This document shows positions 41,212-48,898 of a stretch of DNA of 64,000 nucleotides, in pieces (the first letter of the stretch is position 1; each line of letters opens with the position of its first letter). The translations under genes were made by a program, and so were the position numbers. The stretch is taken from assembly GCA_039804105.1 (NCBI GenBank), contig JBDRZU010000001.1, positions 1,248,001 to 1,312,000 of the forward strand, read 5' to 3'. Below the pieces are notes generated by a model. It was not told the DNA's origin and did no database searches. It saw only the letters and a list, made by a program, of their open reading frames with translations. The DNA is from a candidate division WOR-3 bacterium. GTDB lineage: Bacteria; Hydrothermota; 32-111.

Positions 41212-41485
41212 CGCACCCTAAAGGGTGCGGCTACAAAAAAACAAAAAACAAAAAATTCATGGTAGCCTCAGGCTTCAGTCTGAGAGAAGAAACATAAAAC
41301 ATATAGCGCAACCTAAAGGTTGCGGCTACCATGCGAGGGATTTTGAAATGGTAGCATCAGGCTTTAGCCCGAGTGGAATTTTCGCAACCTAAAGGTTGCG
41401 GCTACCAAAAAAAATAAACAAAATAAATGTGGTAGGCGCGGGTTTCAGATTGCGGGATATCGTGCACCCTGAAGGGGGCGGCTAC
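41212..41485. repeat. Cluster of 7 GTAG-type REP palindromes in alternating orientation (BIME/REPIN-like)
   Basis: Units at 41212, 41261, 41307, 41350, 41383, 41431 and 41461, e.g. CGCAACCTAAAGGTTGCGGCTACC. Confidence 0.85.
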
Positions 41486-41502
41486 AGATAGTTTATATCT
41501 TT

Positions 41503-41521
41503 GGGGACTGTGCTTGACTTT
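41503..41521 (-). repeat. Island repeat R10 (degenerate)
   Basis: GGGGACTGTGCTTGACTTT: one mismatch and a truncated tail. Confidence 0.8.
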
Positions 41522-41577
41522 GTTGGATAATGAAAAATTTTCATACAAAGACAAAAAGAAGAAAAACGAAAAAATGA

Positions 41578-42705
41578 TTATACTGCCAAATTTGAAAGGT
41601 ATTCTCCTGCGGGAATAATTTTTATTCCGTCTTTTTTTAACTCATATTTTAAATTGTGAACGATTTGAATATATTCCAATTGTGGGAAAAACTTTTTAAA
41701 ATATAATAAATTTTTATCGGGATTTTCATCTGAAAGTTTTACTTCAACCATCTGAATAATTTTGTTATTTTCAGTTATAACAAAATCAATTTCTTTTTTT
41801 TCTTTTGTTCTTATGTAATGAAGTTGAACATCTTTGCCTTCTGAGTCCTGTAAAAATTGGCAATGTTTCAAAAGTGAAACAGCAACAGTGTTTTCAAGTT
41901 TTAAACCATTATCTTTGTCAATAAAACCGGAGTCAAAAAAATAAACTTTTGGTTCTTTTAAAATTGAACGAGAAATATTTTTATGAAAAGGTCTTATTAA
42001 AAAAATTATATTCAATGCTTCAAGAATAAAAATGTATTTCTTTACTGTGTTTACAGAAATCTGTAAATCCTGAGCGAGAGATGAATAAGAGATTGGGGAA
42101 CCAACTCTGTCTTTGAGTAAATATAAAAGAGTTTTAATCGATCTTATTTCGAGAATTTTTGCAAAATCAAGAACATCTATAGTTATTATATCTGAATAGT
42201 ACTCTTTTCTCCATCTTTGAGCTTCAGTTTCTGAATCAGAAAGAAATGGCTCAGGGAAACCACCGAATTTATTTAATTTTTCTACAGCATCGTAAGGTTT
42301 TAGAATATGTTGAAGTTCTTTTACTGAAAAGGGAAAAAGATGATAGTAAAAATACCTTCCAGCAAGAGAATCTCCTGTCTGTTTGAAAATATCAAGTTTT
42401 GCACTGCCTGTTATTAAAAACTTTTGATTTTTCTCTTTTGTATCATATACGCCTTTTAAAAAAGTTTTCCATTTTTTAAGTTTCTGAATTTCATCTAAAA
42501 CGATGAGTTCAGTATCAAGTGTCCATTCTTTATTTAGAATAATGTTTTTATCTTTAGTATCATCAAAATTCAAATAAATACTCTTTTGAAAGTTTTTAAA
42601 AATCTCCTTTGCAAGATAAGTTTTCCCAACCTGTCTTGGTCCAGTTAAAATAACCATCTTTTTACTTAAATCTTTTAAGATAAATTTTTGTAAATACCTT
42701 TCCAT
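41578..42705 (-). CDS. AAA+ ATPase with DUF4143 C-terminal domain (copy 2)
   Basis: Near-identical to 37234..38361 and the same 375-aa length. Confidence 0.9.
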   Translation of the reverse strand: MERYLQKFILKDLSKKMVILTGPRQVGKTYLAKEIFKNFQKSIYLNFDDTKDKNIILNKEWTLDTELIVLDEIQKLKKWKTFLKGVYDTKEKNQKFLITGSAKLDIFKQTGDSLAGRYFYYHLFPFSVKELQHILKPYDAVEKLNKFGGFPEPFLSDSETEAQRWRKEYYSDIITIDVLDFAKILEIRSIKTLLYLLKDRVGSPISYSSLAQDLQISVNTVKKYIFILEALNIIFLIRPFHKNISRSILKEPKVYFFDSGFIDKDNGLKLENTVAVSLLKHCQFLQDSEGKDVQLHYIRTKEKKEIDFVITENNKIIQMVEVKLSDENPDKNLLYFKKFFPQLEYIQIVHNLKYELKKDGIKIIPAGEYLSNLAV

Positions 42706-42785
42706 ATTGACTAATATATACTATATTGCAAAAAAGTCAAGATTTTTTTGCAAAATATTGCAAAAAAGTTAAAATCATTATATCT

Positions 42786-42809
42786 GGGGACGGTGCTTGA
42801 CTTTTTGAC
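42786..42809 (-). repeat. Island repeat R11
   Basis: Exact 24-mer (reverse complement). Confidence 0.95.
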
Positions 42810-42916
42810 ATTTTTGAAAAATATTTAATGCAAATATATTTAAAATAAAAACTTTTGAGAATTAAAACTTTTTAAAAAAGTGTTGATTTCCATAGAAGTT
42901 TTCTTAAAATAATACA

Positions 42917-43687
42917 ATGATTTTTAATGAATATGTTGTAAAACTTCTGATAATTTTACCATCAATTTTTATCGCAGGTTTTGTTGATTCTATTGCTGGT
43001 GGTGGAGGATTAATTTCAGTTCCAGCATACCTTGCTGCTGGTATTCCTCCGCATTTTGCTCTTGGAACGAATAAGTTTTCATCAACATTTGGAACTCTTT
43101 TTGCCACTATCACATACAAAAAAAACAGAATGATTGATTTGAAAGTTGCTCTGACAGCAGGAATATTCGCACTTTTGGGTTCGTCTCTTGGAGCGAAGAC
43201 CGTTCTTTTGATTAAACCAGATTTTCTTAGATATATTCTCTTGTTTCTGATACCAGTTATAACGATTTTTGTGTTAATCAAAAAAGATTTTGGGATGGTT
43301 GATAGATCAAAAAGTATCGATGGAAGAAGAGCAATTTTTCTCTCATCTCTGGCTGGTTTAACAATCGGTTTTTATGATGGATTTTTTGGGCCGGGAACTG
43401 GAACTTTTTTGATTTTATTTTTTTCTTTACTTTTAAAATATGATTTCAGAATGAGTAATGGAAATACAAAAGTTGTAAACCTTTCTTCGAATGTTGCTGC
43501 ACTTATCACCTTTATCATAAATGGAAAAGTTCTGTTTTTAATAGGAATTCCCGCTGCTATCTGTGGTATCGCAGGAAATCTTTTGGGATCAAAGTTTGCC
43601 GTTCAAAAAGGAAACAGATTAATCAAGATATTTTTTGTTTTGGTTCTTGCAATACTTTTTGTAAAAATAGTGCTTGATACTTTTTAA
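42917..43687 (+). CDS. TSUP (TauE/SafE) family transporter
   Basis: AGFVDSIAGGGGLI, GFYDGFFGPGTG. Confidence 0.92.
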   Translation: MIFNEYVVKLLIILPSIFIAGFVDSIAGGGGLISVPAYLAAGIPPHFALGTNKFSSTFGTLFATITYKKNRMIDLKVALTAGIFALLGSSLGAKTVLLIKPDFLRYILLFLIPVITIFVLIKKDFGMVDRSKSIDGRRAIFLSSLAGLTIGFYDGFFGPGTGTFLILFFSLLLKYDFRMSNGNTKVVNLSSNVAALITFIINGKVLFLIGIPAAICGIAGNLLGSKFAVQKGNRLIKIFFVLVLAILFVKIVLDTF

Positions 43688-43688
43688 T

Positions 43689-45854
43689 CTATTTCAAAAT
43701 CAAAAAACCTTCTTTTAATGTTTTATCTCCATCAACAACAAGGAAATATTTTCCAGAGTTCAAAAAGTTAAGATCAAAATCTATATGTCTTTCAACTTTG
43801 AAATTTTTGTAAAAAACTTTTCGACCAGTAATATCAAAAATGTTTATTCTCAAGTGTTTTGCAGAGTTTGATAGATTGTTTATCGTTAGAATTCTATTAG
43901 AGAAGTTTATCGATAAAGTGCCATCATCTTCTGTATCAGGTAAAGAATCTTTTATTATAGATCTTAAAGTGTAAAAGAAAAATCTGTCAGATTTTTTTGT
44001 AAATCCAACAGTGTTGTTATGTGGAGTTACTAAATAATATTTTAAAGTATCATTTGTTGAGATGAAAGTGTCTATGTTAGATGGATATAAAACGGTTCTT
44101 GTTTTTGAAGTTGTTATCGGATATATATTATCTATTTTTACTCCGTTTGTATTGATTGTTCCATCATCGTAAACAGTTTTCAACCTTATAGAAATTTCTT
44201 TATTCAAAAATTTTGATAAGGGATAAGAATATCTTCTCCATGTTGTGTTTGTGCCAGTAAAAATACCGTTTATTGTATCAAGTGGTTCATAGAAAAAACC
44301 ATCATAAGAGTACTCCAGGAATGCTTTGTCATAATTGGTTTCAAGGTCATAAGACATATAAAATGTTAAAGAGTCAGTGGTGCTTTGAACTAAAAATCTA
44401 TCAAAAAATTCAAGAGAGGATATCGTTGTATCTTTTTTCAAAGGTCTAAACGAATAAGGTGCAGAATATGGTGAAGTTTTTGAAAGTTCGATTCTGAAAG
44501 TTTTATAGTCAGAAGAAATTATTGAATCAACAGATCCATTCAAACTATCTCGATATGTATAAACTGAATCGTAAACTTCAACTTTATAATAATCTGCCTT
44601 GTTTGAATTTTTTAAACTCCATAAAATTTGATTACCAGTTGAACTGATGGATGGTTTTAATGGGACCTCTTTTGGAAGACCATAAACAGATTCACATAAA
44701 AATGCTGAATAGAGTATACCGGGAAAAACTCTTCGATGGAGTTGTGCAAGAGTAGTTGTTGGCGGTGAGAATCCGGTATCGATTTCAAAAGTGAAAGGAA
44801 GAGTTGTAAATCCTTTAACGAATTTTGTATAGCCGTATATCCATCCATCAGAATCACCAGAGGTTGGATATAAAGCGTCAGATTTTTCCGGGGTGTATGT
44901 TCCAGATGTTTGTTTGGTCATCTTTGATGCTATTTTTGTTGCAAGAGAACTCAAAAGTGTATTATCTGGTGCAGTATCTGATGTTGCACCATAAGGGTAT
45001 AAGACAAGTTCACTGTAAGAATGGAGTGAAATAGAAATGTTGAATGAAAACCTCTTGATAAGGTTCATCAACGATTGAACCTCTTTTTCAGAAGCAGAGT
45101 ATGGACCACAATAAACATCTGAAGAAGGATAGTGTGTTGTGCTTGAATTGTAGATTGCTCCCCATTCTCCCCTGATATCACCGTTGACCTGTCCGGGATA
45201 GTTTCTGTTTAGGTCAACTCCATAAACAGAATTTCTTAAAGTTCTATTTTTTCTCCAGAGTTCATTGTTCTGGTCTCTTGAATAGTAATATCCATCAGGA
45301 TTAAACATTGGAAGAACAACTATAAAAGTTGAATCTATCAACCTTTTTATAGAACTGTTTGTATTGTATGCTCTTAAAATTGAATCAACAAAAAATAAAG
45401 ATGTTGAAATCGTCTGCCATTCTCTTGCGTGATGGTTCGCAACAAGAAAGAACTGGTATCTAACAAGACATGTATCAGGATTTTTCCCGTTTATTTTCAT
45501 AATGACGATAGGTCTATTGTTATAAGTTGTTCCAATAGTTTCAACATCAACAAGTTGTGGAAAATTTGTTGCAAGTTTTGTTATCGAATCATAAACCTGT
45601 GCTGTTGTTGGATAAACATCTTTATAAAATTTTTTTTCAACTATAAAATATTTGATACCACTATTTTTCAATGTTGTTATCTGATCTTCATCCATAACGA
45701 TATCAACTGTTTGGTCGTTTGCTCTTCCTGCAACATCGATGAATTTATATATTGAGGATACTTTTTGAAAATCCTCTCTGTTGATCCTCACAATCTCCTT
45801 TGAAAATATGAATAAACTTGAAATGATGATGAGAATTGCAAAAAACTTTTTAAT
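43689..45854 (-). CDS. Secreted M14 zinc carboxypeptidase with T9SS-like C-terminal domain
   Basis: HHARE, WRKNR, GVDLNRN, LHSYS, FTFEI; a signal peptide is present only if started at ATT 45854. Confidence 0.88.
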   Translation of the reverse strand: MKKFFAILIIISSLFIFSKEIVRINREDFQKVSSIYKFIDVAGRANDQTVDIVMDEDQITTLKNSGIKYFIVEKKFYKDVYPTTAQVYDSITKLATNFPQLVDVETIGTTYNNRPIVIMKINGKNPDTCLVRYQFFLVANHHAREWQTISTSLFFVDSILRAYNTNSSIKRLIDSTFIVVLPMFNPDGYYYSRDQNNELWRKNRTLRNSVYGVDLNRNYPGQVNGDIRGEWGAIYNSSTTHYPSSDVYCGPYSASEKEVQSLMNLIKRFSFNISISLHSYSELVLYPYGATSDTAPDNTLLSSLATKIASKMTKQTSGTYTPEKSDALYPTSGDSDGWIYGYTKFVKGFTTLPFTFEIDTGFSPPTTTLAQLHRRVFPGILYSAFLCESVYGLPKEVPLKPSISSTGNQILWSLKNSNKADYYKVEVYDSVYTYRDSLNGSVDSIISSDYKTFRIELSKTSPYSAPYSFRPLKKDTTISSLEFFDRFLVQSTTDSLTFYMSYDLETNYDKAFLEYSYDGFFYEPLDTINGIFTGTNTTWRRYSYPLSKFLNKEISIRLKTVYDDGTINTNGVKIDNIYPITTSKTRTVLYPSNIDTFISTNDTLKYYLVTPHNNTVGFTKKSDRFFFYTLRSIIKDSLPDTEDDGTLSINFSNRILTINNLSNSAKHLRINIFDITGRKVFYKNFKVERHIDFDLNFLNSGKYFLVVDGDKTLKEGFLILK

Positions 45855-45866
45855 TTTTTCCCCCTT

Positions 45867-46493
45867 TTAATACCTTATGAAAAATATTTTTGGATCAAAA
45901 TAGAAGTTATCTATTTCATCTTTTCTTTTTATGTTTATGGAATAAGAATTAAAAATTGAATCACCCCTGTCAAATCCTACAAATTTTGGAGGGACTTTCA
46001 ACATCTCAAAATGGAGATGGTTTAAAAATTCTCCCCATTTATCAAGGTTTTTGTAATCAATAAATGAACCTAAAACAGTTTTTTCATCAACAGTGTCGTT
46101 TATGTTCACCATAATATCTGAAATATGCAGATAAACCGAGTATACTTTTTTGTTGTTTCTTAAAGTGTGTTCAATTATAACTGTTGATGAAGGACCATTT
46201 TTTATGACCGATTTTACAACTCCAACTCCACAAGAAAATATTGGTTCCAAAGCACCTTTTTTGCTTCCAGGATTTTTGAAATCTATTCCGGTATGATAAT
46301 GTCCTTTTATTCCCTTATAGGGTTTTCTCCAGATTCCAAAATCACCTTCAGGGTTTATGTAATAATTTTTCAGAACTCTCCGGTTTTCGACATCTATTGG
46401 TAAGTAAAATATATCCGTTATCAACTCTGGAAATGTTTTAGAGAAGATAAAAAGGGAGAAAAAAATTAAAAAAAATACTTTATTTTTTTTCAT
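45867..46493 (-). CDS. M23 family metallopeptidase
   Basis: HTGID and HLHFE motifs; signal peptide. Confidence 0.85.
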   Translation of the reverse strand: MKKNKVFFLIFFSLFIFSKTFPELITDIFYLPIDVENRRVLKNYYINPEGDFGIWRKPYKGIKGHYHTGIDFKNPGSKKGALEPIFSCGVGVVKSVIKNGPSSTVIIEHTLRNNKKVYSVYLHISDIMVNINDTVDEKTVLGSFIDYKNLDKWGEFLNHLHFEMLKVPPKFVGFDRGDSIFNSYSINIKRKDEIDNFYFDPKIFFIRY

Positions 46494-46526
46494 TTTAACT
46501 TATAATCACTATTTAAGGAAAATTAT

Positions 46527-47717
46527 ATGTATAAAAAGATAGAAGTCAATAAAAGTGCAAGGAATGCGATACTTGCCGGACATCCATGGATTTTTTCAGG
46601 TAAAATTGACTCTCCTCTTCAGGATTACGAAAATGGAGATGTCGTATACATTTTCTGTGAAAAAAAATTCCTTGGAACTGGATTTGTATCACCAAAAAAT
46701 TCTATAGCGATAAGGGTTATCTCAAAGTCAAAAATTGTTGTTGATGAGGATTTTTTTGTTCAGAGGTTTATCCAACTTCAGAAGTATAAAAGAAAGATAC
46801 TTTCGTTTAACACAAACATGTATCGTCTTGTATTTTCTGAAGCAGATTTTATTCCCGGACTTATAGTTGATGTTTATAACAGAAACATCGTTATTCAAAC
46901 CAACTGTGCTGGTGTGATAAAAAGAAGAGATATGATAGTTTCCGCACTTCAAAAAGTTTTTAAGCCAGTAGCGATAATCGATCGAACAACACCGGAAACT
47001 TACAATGTTGAACATTGTGAAAAATACAGGTTGAACGAAAACCAGAAAGTTCTGTATGGAAAGGTTCAAAACAATGTTCAGATATTCAGTGAAAATGGGA
47101 TGCTTTTTTATGTTGATCTACTTTACGGACACAAAACAGGATTTTATCTTGATCAGAGAGAGAATAGAGAACTTGTTGGAAAAATATCCCTTCAAAATCA
47201 GGTGTTAAATTTATGTTCCTATTCTGGAGGTTTTACAGTGTATTCTCTTGCAAATGGAGCAACAGGAACAGTTTCTGTGGATATTTCAAAATCGGCACTT
47301 GACCTTGTTGAAAGAAATATTGAGTTAAACAAATTTTCCAAAGAAAAGAATGTTAATGTTCAAGCAGACCTTTTTGATTTTATAACAAACGAAAATCTTT
47401 CAAAATATGATGTTGTTGTAATAGATCCGCCATCTTTTGCAAAACATATAACTGAAACTGAAAAAGCACTCAAAGCGTATAAATTTTTAAACTCAACAGT
47501 GTTAAAAAAAGTTAAAAAGGAAAGTTTTGTTTTCACATCATCGTGTACATCTGTTGTTAACGAAATGATGTTTAAAGAAATTATAGAAAAGTCGATAAGG
47601 GATTCCAAAAGGGATGTTAAAATTATAAAAAGAACTTTTCTGCCAGTAGACCATTCATCTTTACTTAACTTCAAAGAAACTGAATATTTAAAATCGTTTC
47701 TGCTTTTTGTGTTATGA
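46527..47717 (+). CDS. rlmI: RlmI-like 23S rRNA m5C methyltransferase
   Basis: GHPWIF PUA domain, HKTGFYLDQRENR, DPPSF. Confidence 0.85.
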   Translation: MYKKIEVNKSARNAILAGHPWIFSGKIDSPLQDYENGDVVYIFCEKKFLGTGFVSPKNSIAIRVISKSKIVVDEDFFVQRFIQLQKYKRKILSFNTNMYRLVFSEADFIPGLIVDVYNRNIVIQTNCAGVIKRRDMIVSALQKVFKPVAIIDRTTPETYNVEHCEKYRLNENQKVLYGKVQNNVQIFSENGMLFYVDLLYGHKTGFYLDQRENRELVGKISLQNQVLNLCSYSGGFTVYSLANGATGTVSVDISKSALDLVERNIELNKFSKEKNVNVQADLFDFITNENLSKYDVVVIDPPSFAKHITETEKALKAYKFLNSTVLKKVKKESFVFTSSCTSVVNEMMFKEIIEKSIRDSKRDVKIIKRTFLPVDHSSLLNFKETEYLKSFLLFVL

Positions 47718-48844
47718 AACCAAATTTGATGATACTCTCAACAAACAGATCCGATTTTTCACATTTAAAACTTATCGTTGAAAAATTGAAAAGTTCAAAA
47801 AAAATAAACACTTTTTTTGTTGCTTCAGGTTCACATTTTGATAAAGAAAAAGGATATTCTTTCGAGGAAATAAAGGATGAAGGTGTAAAGGTTGACTATA
47901 AAATCAAAACAACGATCAACTGGAGGTCAGAAGCAAAACTCTTTAATTCGCTTGTATCATTTCAGAAAAAGTTGAGAACACTTATAAAGATGACAAAAAC
48001 TGATTACATAATGGTTCTTGGAGACAGAATAGAACTCTTACCTGTTATAAACCTTTCTTTGGTAATGGAAAAAAAAATAATCCATATTTCAGGTGGTGAA
48101 GAAACAAAAGGTGCAATCGATGATAATATAAGGAAGATGCTTTCTTTAAATTCTTATATTCATTTCGTATCTGGAGAAATGTTCAAAAAAAATCTTGTAG
48201 AATTTTTGAAAACTGAAAAGAGGATTTTTAATGTTGGAGATCCGATACTTGAATATATAGATTCCATCCAAATAGAACCATTTGAAAATGTTTTAAACGA
48301 TTTAAAGTTAGATCTTGAAAAAGGGAAGTATTTACTTTTCACCTTTCATCCTGAGACAAAAAGTTCTGTTGATGTTAAAGAGCAGTTTAATGGGTTGGAA
48401 AAATTTTTACTTGAAGTTGATATACCTGTTCTATGTACTTCTCCAAATCCTGATAAAGGTGAAGAGTATATTTTAAAAAGGTTAAAACATATAATTTCTT
48501 TGAAAAAAGATATATCTTTTGTTCCACATCTGGGTTTTAGGAAGTATATCTCACTTATAAAAAATTCATTTGCAGTTATGGGAAATTCATCATCACTTCT
48601 TATTGAAACACCATATCTATGCGTGCCTTCAATACTTATAGGAAAAAGGCAGGATGGAAGACCTCTTGCTGATTCGGTTTTCAAAACTGGATATCAAGCA
48701 GAGGAAATAAAATCTGTGTATAATAAGATAAAAGAGTTAAAAGTGAACGGATATTTTGAAAAGGGAGTAAAAAACCTTTTCTATGAGAGAAAGAATACAT
48801 CAGATTTGGTATTAAAACATCTTGAGGACGAAATTGGTTTTTAA
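47714..48844 (+). CDS. neuC: UDP-GlcNAc 2-epimerase (hydrolysing, NeuC-like)
   Basis: LGDRIE, HISGGE..GAID, TFHPET, GNSSS, RQDGR. Confidence 0.82.
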   Translation: MKPNLMILSTNRSDFSHLKLIVEKLKSSKKINTFFVASGSHFDKEKGYSFEEIKDEGVKVDYKIKTTINWRSEAKLFNSLVSFQKKLRTLIKMTKTDYIMVLGDRIELLPVINLSLVMEKKIIHISGGEETKGAIDDNIRKMLSLNSYIHFVSGEMFKKNLVEFLKTEKRIFNVGDPILEYIDSIQIEPFENVLNDLKLDLEKGKYLLFTFHPETKSSVDVKEQFNGLEKFLLEVDIPVLCTSPNPDKGEEYILKRLKHIISLKKDISFVPHLGFRKYISLIKNSFAVMGNSSSLLIETPYLCVPSILIGKRQDGRPLADSVFKTGYQAEEIKSVYNKIKELKVNGYFEKGVKNLFYERKNTSDLVLKHLEDEIGF

Positions 48845-48898
48845 TATTGACACTTACATCACTTTTTGGTATAAGGAAATGTTAAAAATGGAGGATAA

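Larger units (their letters stand above)
18550..42815. mobile_element. Repeat-delimited accessory/defence island
   Basis: Defence and surface genes, compositional heterogeneity and 11 repeats all confined to this interval; no recombinase gene present. Confidence 0.65.

Noticed and set aside
18572..42809. 24-bp repeats as a CRISPR array
   Set aside because: Spacers are 0.17-9.5 kb and contain genes, orientation flips, and no cas genes are present.
18572..42809. Repeats as integron attC or Xer dif/pdif sites
   Set aside because: No RYYYAAC/GTTRRRY palindromic structure, no XerC/XerD arms, and no intI in the window.
33710..42809. Repeats as portable promoters (they contain TTGACT and TTGACA)
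   Set aside because: In the copies checked, no convincing -10 box lies 16-17 bp downstream of either hexamer.
18572..42809. Replication terminus (Ter-like opposed sites)
   Set aside because: No dif site or tus-like gene found, and no evident switch in gene orientation or skew between the flanks. Not formally excluded without a cumulative skew plot.
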